64,000 bases of DNA from Verrucomicrobiia bacterium (GTDB taxonomy: Bacteria > Verrucomicrobiota > Verrucomicrobiia > Limisphaerales > UBA1319), in contig OY760937.1 of the NCBI GenBank assembly GCA_963664225.1, forward strand, positions 1,760,001 to 1,824,000, written 5' to 3'. Made by a program: the position numbers and the translations under genes. Of the stretch, positions 30,629-39,047 are shown in pieces (position 1 is the first letter of the stretch; every line of letters starts with the position of its first letter). Under the pieces are notes generated by a model that saw only the letters and a program-made list of their open reading frames with translations, ran no database searches and was not told the DNA's origin.

Positions 30629-31009
30629 TCAAAAAACCATTCGTTTGAACTCCACTTTCGTTTTGCCAAAATTGATCAACAATCCGACTTTGATTCCGGT
30701 GGCTTTGAGCTCGTTGAGCAACTGCGCTTCGTCGGAAGGTTGGTATTCCACCGCCACTTTCAATTCCACGAGCACGCGTTGCTCCACCAGCAAATCGGCC
30801 GCGTAATCGCCCACACACACGCCTTTGTAACGAACCGGAATGGGATGCTCCAACTCCGCGTTGCGTCGGCGCATTTTCAACTCCACCTGCATCGCCCGCT
30901 GATAAACCTTCTCCAGATACCCATATCCCAATTCCCGCTGCACATCGAATGCAGCGCCGATGATATCGCGCGTCACCGGATCCCTTTCCGTTTGTGATTC
31001 TGTGTTCAT
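30629..31009 (-). CDS. GxxExxY family protein (PD-(D/E)XK nuclease-like)
   Basis: IIGAAFDVQRELGYGYLEKVYQRAM, YAADLLVE..VELK and GLLINFG motifs. The ATG lies inside a CACAGATGAACACAGA repeat. Confidence 0.93.
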   Translation of the reverse strand: MNTESQTERDPVTRDIIGAAFDVQRELGYGYLEKVYQRAMQVELKMRRRNAELEHPIPVRYKGVCVGDYAADLLVEQRVLVELKVAVEYQPSDEAQLLNELKATGIKVGLLINFGKTKVEFKRMVF

Positions 31010-31179
31010 CTGTGGCCAAATCAATCGCTCATCACCGGAGCTTTCTCCGTTTTCATCTCCATCCGAACAGAAGCATGATAATCTAATTGCCAATTAATTG
31101 AAATGGCAATCCCTGACGGGCGCATTTTTGTTTAAATTATGGCCGGACTTTTCTACATTGAGGCGTCATTGCTGAACTT

Positions 31180-32145
31180 GTGAAACCACTAACGAGCCAT
31201 ACTTGCCTGCTGAACGGGGACCAGGCCGCGATCTTGAAAGATTATTTGGAAGATCACGGATTCCTGTTTCGCGAGGTGCCGTACGCCCGCTTCGCCGCGG
31301 CCAACGACCTGGTCAACGTGGTCTATTACCAGAGCGGCAAGCTCGTCATCCAGGGCAAGGGAACACAGGAATTCGTCGAGTTCATCCTCGAGCCTGAGAT
31401 TCTCAAGGAAGCCAAAGTGGGCTATGAGAAGGTGCTTAATCCCGACCTACTTCTGCCTCGTGTGGGCGTGGACGAAAGCGGCAAGGGCGATTTCTTCGGG
31501 CCCATGTGTGTCGCGGGCGTGTATGTGAACGAGGCCGTCATCAGGGCGTGGGAGGACGCCGGCATCCGCGATTCAAAGCTCATTTCCAGCGACAAGAAGA
31601 TTGCCGAGCTGGCCAAAGTCATTCGCGAAACCCCGGGCTGCGTTCAGACCGTGGTGCCGATTGGCAACGAGGCCTACAACCGGTTGTATGCGAAAATGAG
31701 ATCGGTCAACGCGTTGCTCGCCTGGGGTCATGCCCGCGTGATCGAAAACCTCATGGGCCTGCGTTATAAAATGCAGCCGCCGCCCGTGCGCGCCATCAGC
31801 GATCAGTTTGCCAGCGAAAAAAGCGTGGTCTCGAAGGCCATGATGAGCATGGGCCGGGAGATCGAACTGGTCCAGAGGCACAAGGCTGAATCTGATATCG
31901 CGGTCGCCGCGGCCTCGATTCTGGCGCGTGACGAATTCGTGAGCCGACTCGCGCGCATGGAAAAACAGTTCGGCGTGAAATTTCCAAAAGGCGCTTCACC
32001 GGCCGTGGAAGCCGCCGGGCGCGCCTTCATCGAAAAGCACGGCGCCGAAAATCTGCCCAAAGTGGCCAAGATGCATTTCCGCACCTCCTTCCGCATCCAG
32101 GGCCTGCCCGAGCCGCCGAAATACGAGTGGAAGAAGAAGGGGTAA
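31180..32145 (+). CDS. rnhC: Ribonuclease HIII
   Basis: TBP-like N-domain (YQSGKLVIQGK); GVDESGKGDFFGP, DSK, DQF, VAAASILAR and AKMHF motifs. Confidence 0.95.
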   Translation: MKPLTSHTCLLNGDQAAILKDYLEDHGFLFREVPYARFAAANDLVNVVYYQSGKLVIQGKGTQEFVEFILEPEILKEAKVGYEKVLNPDLLLPRVGVDESGKGDFFGPMCVAGVYVNEAVIRAWEDAGIRDSKLISSDKKIAELAKVIRETPGCVQTVVPIGNEAYNRLYAKMRSVNALLAWGHARVIENLMGLRYKMQPPPVRAISDQFASEKSVVSKAMMSMGREIELVQRHKAESDIAVAAASILARDEFVSRLARMEKQFGVKFPKGASPAVEAAGRAFIEKHGAENLPKVAKMHFRTSFRIQGLPEPPKYEWKKKG

Positions 32146-32166
32146 TGCCTGAGGACGTGAAAAGTA

Positions 32167-32323
32167 AACCGCTAACTCGCGGGGAATCACTAATGGATTA
32201 AAACCACTTTTTATTAGTGGCAATTAGTGTCAATTAGCGGTTTCAATCCGTGTTCATCTGCGGCATCTGCGGATTATACTTCCTTGTTTTTCTTTCCTCC
32301 GCGCCTCTGTGTCTCAGTGGTTA
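32167..32323. repeat. Cluster of periodic triple-motif repeats between convergent genes
   Basis: AACCGCTAA..CACTAAT with inverted ATTAGTG/ATTAGTG/ATTAGCG (32213/32223/32233); ATCCGTG-ATCTGCG-ATCTGCG; CTCCGCG-CTCTGTG-CTCAGTGGTTAA. Confidence 0.72.
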
Positions 32324-32874
32324 ACCCGCCCCTCCCGCTGCCACAGTTCCCAATAATACAGGGCCACAACCACGAGCGAATGCCGGATCTTCCCTTCGCG
32401 CACCAATGCCGGAATGGAGTCCACAGGGACCAGCCGCGTGACGAGGTCTTCGCCGTGGTCAAATTCAGTGGGATGCGTCTCCCGGCAGTTCCGCACGAAA
32501 ACCGTGTGGCAGGTGTTGCTCATGATGGCCGGATTTGGAAAGACCTGGCCTATGATCCCGGCGGATTCGCCGGTATAACCCGTTTCTTCGCGCAGCTCCC
32601 TCAATCCGGCGGCCAGCGGTGACGCATCCTGCGGATCGATCATTCCCCCTGGAATCTCAAGCTCCACCGTGTTGGTGCCGTGGCGGTACTGCTCGATCAT
32701 CACCATTTCCTCCTTGGGCGTCACCGCGACCACGTTCACCCAATCGACCGTGTCGATGACATAGAAATCGTGACTGGCGCCCGTGCGGGGAGAGACTTTG
32801 CGGTCGGAGCGGATTTTGAAGATCGAATAATCCGCCAGGGCGCGGGAGCCTTCTTTTGGCCAGGGGCGAATCAT
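32314..32874 (-). CDS. NUDIX hydrolase (ADP-ribose pyrophosphatase-like)
   Basis: QYR..LEIPGGMID..AAGLRELREETGY Nudix box. Confidence 0.92.
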   Translation of the reverse strand: MIRPWPKEGSRALADYSIFKIRSDRKVSPRTGASHDFYVIDTVDWVNVVAVTPKEEMVMIEQYRHGTNTVELEIPGGMIDPQDASPLAAGLRELREETGYTGESAGIIGQVFPNPAIMSNTCHTVFVRNCRETHPTEFDHGEDLVTRLVPVDSIPALVREGKIRHSLVVVALYYWELWQREGRVNH

Positions 32875-33077
32875 AATCCTTTTTCCTTTGCGGCCCAACC
32901 CTCGCGCATGAGCTTCAACAAATGCGCCATGGCCTCGACCTTTGAACAACCCTTTTTGGCGGCAAGCTGGTCGGCGCGCTTGTCGAGTTGAGCGGCCATC
33001 CCGGCGGTTTTATCCGCCGGACAGCCCATTTGCTTTAAGAGCTCTGAAAGTTCAGTGACGTCCAAGGGAAACTCCAT
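32871..33077 (-). CDS. Small hypothetical protein
   Basis: 68-aa helical ORF with ATGA overlap onto the NUDIX gene. Confidence 0.7.
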   Translation of the reverse strand: MEFPLDVTELSELLKQMGCPADKTAGMAAQLDKRADQLAAKKGCSKVEAMAHLLKLMREGWAAKEKGL

Positions 33078-33117
33078 TTTTGTGCGTCACAGCCATCGAT
33101 TGACGGTTGGCCTGCGA

Positions 33118-33750
33118 CTACTTGACCGAGTCCGCAGGAACGATCTTCACGCTCTCGAGACCTACGCGCGTCAGCGGAACGCTTTTCTCACCGGAATTTC
33201 CGACACCCACCGGGGAGTCCCCGAGCTTGCCCAGAACGTCGTCGCCCTTGATGACATGCCCGAAAGCGGTGTATTGACCGTTCAGGAAGGAGGCATCACC
33301 CAGACAGATGAAGAACTGGCTGCCCGCGCTGTCCGGGTTTTGGGAACGGGCCATGGAAAGGACGCCCCGCTCGTGTTTGCGATTGTTGAACTCGGCCTTG
33401 ATCTTGTAACCGGGGCCGCCGGTGCCCACGGCCGGGCTGTTGCTCTTGCTCAGGGGATCGCCGCCCTGAATCATGAATCCCTTGATGATGCGATGAAAGG
33501 CGGTTCCATCGTAAAAGCCCTGATTGGCGAGCTTCTTGAAATTCTCAACCGTGTTGGGGGCGACATCGGACCAGAATTCGATGACCATTTCGCCTTCGGC
33601 GGTTTTAAGTATGGCGACTTCGTTGGTAGTTGCTGTGCTCACAATATTAGTTTCTTTTGATGTGGACGTGGTGGATTGAGGCCCCTGACTGCATGCGGTC
33701 AGCAGTCCGGCCATAAGTCCCAATAAAACAAGGTTCAAACCGTATTTCAT
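33118..33750 (-). CDS. Cyclophilin-type peptidyl-prolyl isomerase (lipoprotein)
   Basis: FHRIIKGFMIQGGDP, GTGGPGY, SMARS and SAGSQFFI motifs; LTAC lipobox. Confidence 0.95.
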   Translation of the reverse strand: MKYGLNLVLLGLMAGLLTACSQGPQSTTSTSKETNIVSTATTNEVAILKTAEGEMVIEFWSDVAPNTVENFKKLANQGFYDGTAFHRIIKGFMIQGGDPLSKSNSPAVGTGGPGYKIKAEFNNRKHERGVLSMARSQNPDSAGSQFFICLGDASFLNGQYTAFGHVIKGDDVLGKLGDSPVGVGNSGEKSVPLTRVGLESVKIVPADSVK

Positions 33751-33857
33751 GGGTTCATTATTCGCACATGCGCGGCCCCTTGTCACGCGCCGAACGAGAA
33801 CAGGAGATTGGAGAAAGCGCGGGAGAAAGCTTCGGCAGGCGAAAACCGTCCGGAACA

Positions 33858-33919
33858 AACATGGAAGAGCAGGATTGGGGGATGGGATTTGATTCAACGC
33901 CTAAAGCGTTGGGATTTCC
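33858..33919. repeat. Composite repeat (GGAT triple motif + CAACGC/GCGTTG hairpin), second copy at 63665-63736
   Basis: AACATGGA..CAGGAT..GGAT followed by GGGATTTGATTCAACGC(C/T)TA(A/C)AGCGTTGG(G/A)ATTTC at both loci. Confidence 0.78.
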
Positions 33920-33963
33920 GGGGGAGGAGGGGCGGCACGCGAAGGGGGGAGGAGCAACGGTAT

Positions 33964-34905
33964 TTAATTTGAGAGTGCAAAATCTGGGTTTTTGAGGATT
34001 TGGTTCATCAGGACAATGAGTTTGCGCATGACGGCGGTGAGCGCGACTTTGGCGGGCTTGCCCGCCAATCGGAGTCGTTCGTAGAACTCCTTGAGTTGGC
34101 GATTGCAGCGCGCAGCCACCAGGGCGGCCATGTAGAGGGCACGTCTAACGGCGGCTCTTCCGCCACCGATGGAGCGGCGGCCTTGCCACTGGCCGCTTTC
34201 TCGAGGATGTGGAGCCAGTCCGGCCAAGGCGGCGGCCTGCCCCCGATTGAGCGTGCCCAACTCGGGCAGCTCAGCCAAAACCCCCAAGGCGGTAATCGCG
34301 CCCACCCCGGTGATGGCTTCGAGTTTTTTTGCGCGTTCATCCAGTTCTGTGGTTTTCTGGCGCAGCGCTTTGAGTTGGGTCTCGATATGCTCCAGATCCC
34401 GTTCCAATCGACGCAGCAGGCTCTGGGCCTGGCGGCGCAACTTGGGCAGCGTGAGGCGTTCGATCTGATGGCGCTGGCTAATAAGCAGATCAAGGATCTG
34501 AGTGCGGCGGCGAACCAGTTCGGTCAACTGCTCCTCCACCTCGGAACGCGCGGGCGTGGGTTTGGGGGCGAAGGCCTGCCCATAGGCGGAGAGGACGGCG
34601 GCATCTATACGGTCGGTTTTGGCCCGTTGTCCCTGGGCGCGGGCGAAATGCCGGACGCGGGCGGGATTGATGATGCTGACAGGAATGCTGGCATGATGGA
34701 GGGCGTCAGCCACCTCACGCTCGTAGCCGCCGGTGGCTTCACAGATGACGTGAGCGCCGGGATGCTGCGCCAGGAGTTTGACGAGCTGGCGATGACCGGC
34801 GGCGGTATTGGGCAGATGGTGGGAACGACCGGCCAGTTGGAGATCAAGACTCAGCTTGGCAATATCCAAACCAGCGTAGATAGTGGTCATAGTGTTCTGG
34901 CTCAT
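33964..34905 (-). CDS. IS110 transposase
   Basis: GLDIAK, CEATGGYE, KTDRIDA, GLAP..RESG and VRRALYM motifs; clearly homologous to copy A but diverged. Confidence 0.96.
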   Translation of the reverse strand: MSQNTMTTIYAGLDIAKLSLDLQLAGRSHHLPNTAAGHRQLVKLLAQHPGAHVICEATGGYEREVADALHHASIPVSIINPARVRHFARAQGQRAKTDRIDAAVLSAYGQAFAPKPTPARSEVEEQLTELVRRRTQILDLLISQRHQIERLTLPKLRRQAQSLLRRLERDLEHIETQLKALRQKTTELDERAKKLEAITGVGAITALGVLAELPELGTLNRGQAAALAGLAPHPRESGQWQGRRSIGGGRAAVRRALYMAALVAARCNRQLKEFYERLRLAGKPAKVALTAVMRKLIVLMNQILKNPDFALSN

Positions 34906-35072
34906 TCTTGTAAATACGAGCAGGCCTTGGTGGGCCGCTCAAGCAACGGTTCGAGTTTAGGACACAGGCACGAACGGCTCTGGCTCCTCGCGCATTTGGT
35001 TAAAAACCAATGCAAGAAGGAAACGAGCTCGTCCGCGCCACTGTCCTGCCGCCTGCAGGCGGCAGGACAGTT
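34906..35072 (-). ncRNA. Predicted bridge RNA of IS110 copy B
   Basis: 5' palindrome at 35041-35070; LTG 35015-35023; RTG 34984-34989; LDG 34942-34950 (9/9 to donor); RDG 34907-34912 (6/6). Ends approximate. Confidence 0.83.
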
Positions 35073-35238
35073 CCATCTATTCCGTCTTTTCAAACAAAAC
35101 AAGAATAGATGGAAAATCAGATACAAGGAAGGAAGGAAACCGCTAATGGGAGGGAATTGACGCTAATAGGAAGGGAATGGGGATTTGGAAAATGATATTT
35201 AGCCTGATTTACAGTTTCTCTGCGAGGCGATGGCCGAG

Positions 35239-35258
35239 CCGGCTGAAAGCCGGGACTC
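35239..35258 (+). repeat. REP-like hairpin forming the 5' exon of the group II intron
   Basis: CCGGCT-GAA-AGCCGG then GACTC; continues as CATAC at 35879 after intron removal. Confidence 0.75.
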
Positions 35259-35878
35259 GTGTGTCTGGCAGGTATTGGATCTATTGGGATGAAAGGAGCC
35301 CAACGGGGGCGGTGACGCCAACCGTAGCGGTAGGCCAGGTTCGATCCGCGAGGGTCGGGCGCGAAAGGGCCGAGAGCAAAGGCGCGACCGTAGGAACACG
35401 AACGGGCAGTGAGGCCGGGTGCGTGGGTTAGCTGGCGAGTAACGGCGAAACCCAAAGGTCATCCAAACGCATCAGGTAGAGCCCGGCGGCGCGCGCCGAC
35501 AGAGTCAATACCGACCCAGAGAGATCTGTCCCGTGAGAGCGGGACAGAAGTCAGCAGAGGCCATAGTAGTGATGAGGCCCGGTGAAAGCCGGGAGGAGCG
35601 AAGGGCCGAAGGAACAAACGGAGCCAACCAAGGCGTTGGACATGAGGACGAGTGATGGAATGAAGCAACAGGACGCAACAATTACGGTTACCATCCTGGC
35701 ACTGGCAAACGGCGGGCCCAACGCTGGAAGCGCCCAACCCGTCGAAGCATTCCGGGGTCACATGTCTGCACGACTGGGAAGGAAGAACTCTGAATGTTCC
35801 AACCGCCGGATGCGAGAAAACCGCACGTCCGGTGGTGTGGGAGGGTGCCGGGGCGAAATCCCTGGCACCCGACCCGAT
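35259..35878 (+). mobile_element. ORF-less class IIC group II intron (620 nt)
   Basis: 5' GTGTG; DII/DIII AGAAGTCAGCAGAGGCCATAGTA..GAAGGGCCGAA; short DV AACCGCCGGATGCG..CGCACGTCCGGTGGT with CGC triad; DVI GGGTGCCGGGG..CCCTGGCACCC; 3' end ACCCGAT. No RT ORF. Confidence 0.9.
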
Positions 35879-36059
35879 CATACTCCGGAACGCCGGGCCG
35901 GGGGACCCGGCCTACAAGTTGATGCGCCGGATAATGCGATGGACTGGTCGGATGAAGCTGGGAGACCAAACCAAGGAAAATACGGCAGAGTTTAGGTCAG
36001 GGTTTCCACCGCCCCTTAAATTGCCTTTCGCAATGGTCCTGATGCGGTATTCTTGAGGC

Positions 36060-37718
36060 GTGTCTGATACGCAAACAAAACAACACCCGGTGCGGATCGG
36101 TTTGATCTCGCTGGGTTGCGCAAAGAATCTGGTGGATTCGGAAGTCATGCTCGGCTCGCTGGCGCGGGATGGCATGGAGATCACCAATGACGCCTCGCTG
36201 GCCGATGTCGTCATTGTGAACACCTGTTCGTTCATCGACTCCGCCCAGGAAGAGAGCGTGGATACCGTGCTCGCCGCATCCCAAACGCGGGATGCGGAAT
36301 ACCCGCATCAGGCCGTGATCGTGGCCGGTTGCCTGCCGCAGCGTTTTCAAAAAGAACTGCCCGGCCTGTTGCCCGAGGTGGACGCCTTCATGGGTCTGGA
36401 CCAGGTGCCGCAGGTGGCCCAAATCGTGCGCGAAGCGCTGGCCCACCGGTCCGCGCGACTGGCTGCGCCAGCGGAACGCAAGACACGTTCAAAGAAGCTC
36501 ATACAAAAGCATTTGGAGGCATTGGACAAGGCGCATCCTGAAACCGAAGACCGCCCCATGCGGGCGGGCGCCACTTCCACGAAAACCAGCAAAGTCAGTT
36601 TGCCCGAACCGGTGAATCTGGTCAGTCCCCGTTCGGTCTATGTGCCGGATTACAATACCCCACGGTTCCGACTGACGCCGCGGCATCTGGCGTATGTGAA
36701 GATCGCCGAGGGCTGCAATCATCCGTGCAGTTTCTGCATCATTCCGCGCATTCGCGGATCGCACCGCAGCCGTGTGCAATCGGATATTGTGGCCGAGGCA
36801 CGCCAGTTGATTGCCTCGGGCGTGCGGGAGCTGAACCTGATTTCGCAGGATACCACCTATTACGGTCTGGATTTGCGGCCCGGACGCGATGGTTCCATCT
36901 CCGCCCCGGAAAAATTCACCGCCGCGAACCTCTCGCTTCCTTCCGGCTCGTCCACCCTCCCGACCTTACTGCGGGAATTAAACGGCATCGAGGGCGATTT
37001 CTGGATCCGGCTCCTCTACACCCATCCGGCGCATTGGACCCCGGAATTAATTGAAACCATCGCGGCCTGCGAAAAGGTGGCGCGGTATGTGGATATGCCC
37101 CTGCAGCATATTCATCCGGTGATGCTTGAACGGATGCGGCGCGAAACCACCCGCCAGTATATTCTCGATCTGATCGAGAAAATCCGGGCCGGAGTTCCGG
37201 GCATTGCGCTGAGAACGACGTTCATCGTCGGTTTCCCGGGCGAAACGTCGGAGGCCTTCCAGATGCTTCTGGACTTCATTCGTTCAGCGCGTTTCGAGCG
37301 GTTGGGGGTGTTTGCCTATTCGCAGGAAGATGGGACGCGCGCCTCGAAAATGGAGGGGCAGATTCCCGTTTCGGTTAAAAAGCAACGTCACCAGCAGGCC
37401 ATGGCCGCGCAATTGGAGGTGGCCCGCACGGTGTCTGAATCGTTCGTCAACCGCACCATCCGCGTGCTGGTGGAGGACGAGGCCAGCGCGAAAGAGTTAC
37501 AGCAGGCCCGGGTGCAAAGCTGGGAACATGGCCTGGTCCGGGGCAAGGACTACCATGAAAGCCAGCTCAAAGGGCTTTATCTGGTGGCGCGCGGCGATGC
37601 GGACGCGCCGGACATTGACGGCCGGGTCTATGTGCGTGGCAAGCTGCCCATGGGCGAATTTGCCCAGGTAAAAATAATCGGCCACACCGATTACGATCTC
37701 ATTGCCGAACCGGCCTGA
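36060..37718 (+). CDS. rimO: Ribosomal protein S12 methylthiotransferase RimO
   Basis: SLGCAKNLVDSE, NTCSFI, GCL, YVKIAEGCNHPCSFCIIP and DAPDIDG motifs. Confidence 0.96.
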   Translation: MSDTQTKQHPVRIGLISLGCAKNLVDSEVMLGSLARDGMEITNDASLADVVIVNTCSFIDSAQEESVDTVLAASQTRDAEYPHQAVIVAGCLPQRFQKELPGLLPEVDAFMGLDQVPQVAQIVREALAHRSARLAAPAERKTRSKKLIQKHLEALDKAHPETEDRPMRAGATSTKTSKVSLPEPVNLVSPRSVYVPDYNTPRFRLTPRHLAYVKIAEGCNHPCSFCIIPRIRGSHRSRVQSDIVAEARQLIASGVRELNLISQDTTYYGLDLRPGRDGSISAPEKFTAANLSLPSGSSTLPTLLRELNGIEGDFWIRLLYTHPAHWTPELIETIAACEKVARYVDMPLQHIHPVMLERMRRETTRQYILDLIEKIRAGVPGIALRTTFIVGFPGETSEAFQMLLDFIRSARFERLGVFAYSQEDGTRASKMEGQIPVSVKKQRHQQAMAAQLEVARTVSESFVNRTIRVLVEDEASAKELQQARVQSWEHGLVRGKDYHESQLKGLYLVARGDADAPDIDGRVYVRGKLPMGEFAQVKIIGHTDYDLIAEPA

Positions 37719-37878
37719 TTGGGTATAGTCTTGCGCGGTTAATGTCTTCAGGCCACGCTGCATACTTAAAGCCGGGTGAAGGACTGGTACTTTTGCGCCA
37801 GTCCCGGTGGTTGGCTTTCACACCTTTCCCCTCGCTCAGGCGCGCGATTCATAACCCATCGGATGAAGGACGAATCGC

Positions 37879-38451
37879 GTGAATTTACCCAATCAACTCA
37901 CCGTTTCGCGTCTGGCGCTGACTGTGGCTTTTCTGGTCTGCCTGATGTCCCCGATGCCCTATGGCCAAACGCTGGCCCTGGTTTTCTTTGTGGCTGCGAG
38001 TCTGACGGATTATTACGACGGCAAGATCGCGCGACGCGACAAGCTCATCACCAACTTTGGCATTCTCATGGATCCGCTGGCGGACAAAATCCTGATCTGC
38101 TCGGCGTTCATCGCATTTGTCGATCTGCGCCTGATGCCCGCGTGGATGGTGGTGGTCATCGTCTGCCGCGAATTAATCATCACCGGATTGCGCTTGCTGG
38201 CGGCCTCCAAACAGGTGGTGCTGGCGGCTGAAGGCTACGGCAAACATAAAACCGCCTCACAGATCACCGCCATCATAGCCATGCTGGTCTTCATCAGTTA
38301 CGCACAATGGGGCGGCTGGTCCCGGGCGATTTTCGACCCATGGATCGACTTCTTCCAAAACGCCATGAAATGGGTCGCGGTCTTCCTCACGCTCCTTTCC
38401 GGTGGAATGTATCTCTGGCGCAACCGCGCCATGTATCTGGCGGATCTGTAG
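37879..38451 (+). CDS. pgsA: CDP-diacylglycerol--glycerol-3-phosphate 3-phosphatidyltransferase
   Basis: NLPNQLT and TDYYDGKIARR..TNFG..DPLADK motifs. Confidence 0.95.
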   Translation: MNLPNQLTVSRLALTVAFLVCLMSPMPYGQTLALVFFVAASLTDYYDGKIARRDKLITNFGILMDPLADKILICSAFIAFVDLRLMPAWMVVVIVCRELIITGLRLLAASKQVVLAAEGYGKHKTASQITAIIAMLVFISYAQWGGWSRAIFDPWIDFFQNAMKWVAVFLTLLSGGMYLWRNRAMYLADL

Positions 38452-38461
38452 GAATCCGCCC

Positions 38462-38998
38462 ATGAACACTCCCCCATCCCGAACAACAACGGATGCGGTC
38501 ATTCTTTGGGCCGCTCAAGGCTTCGGTATCGGTCGCATTCCCGTAGCCCCCGGCACATGGGGATCGCTCCTGGGCGCGGGCTGGCTCCTGATCTTGCTGG
38601 CACCGGGCCAGCTCTGGATTTACATCGCGGGTCTCATTTTAAGCAGCTTTTTCTCCGTCTGGGTCTGCGGGCGCGCCGAAAAAATCCTCGGCCTCACGGA
38701 TCCCGGTTCCGTGGTCATGGACGAAATCATCGCCGTGCCCCTGTGCTTTGGGGCTTGGATCCTGCTCCAGATGAGCCGGACAGGTCATATTCCGAATCCC
38801 GGCGCGCTATTGGAGCCAAAAAACCTGCCGGTATTCATCGGACTGGTCATCGCCTTTCGTTTTTTCGATATCGCCAAACCCTGGCCTGTGCGCCAGAGCC
38901 AGTGTCTGCCGGGCGGTTGGGGCATTACCATCGACGATCTCCTGGCCGCGCTGTATGTAAACCTAAGCTACCTGATTGGGGTCCTTCTTTTTCGATAA
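38462..38998 (+). CDS. pgpA: Phosphatidylglycerophosphatase A
   Basis: APGTWGS, DPGSVVMDE, FRFFDIAKPWP and GWGITIDDLLA motifs. Confidence 0.94.
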   Translation: MNTPPSRTTTDAVILWAAQGFGIGRIPVAPGTWGSLLGAGWLLILLAPGQLWIYIAGLILSSFFSVWVCGRAEKILGLTDPGSVVMDEIIAVPLCFGAWILLQMSRTGHIPNPGALLEPKNLPVFIGLVIAFRFFDIAKPWPVRQSQCLPGGWGITIDDLLAALYVNLSYLIGVLLFR

Positions 38999-39047
38999 TT
39001 CCTTGCGCGGCGATTGACAGACTGTCCCGGTGGTTCAGACTGTGCGG

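Larger units (their letters stand above)
33955..35127 (-). mobile_element. IS110-family (IS621-like) insertion sequence, copy B
   Basis: Ends AG|CAACGGT (33953-33961) and ATACAAG (35121-35127) are identical to those of copy A; AG core at both ends. Confidence 0.92.

Noticed and set aside
35582..35995. 137-aa ORF or RT remnant in the intron
   Set aside because: It runs through DV/DVI and has no RT motifs. A QRWKRPTRR string in another frame faintly recalls maturase domain X but is too short to support.
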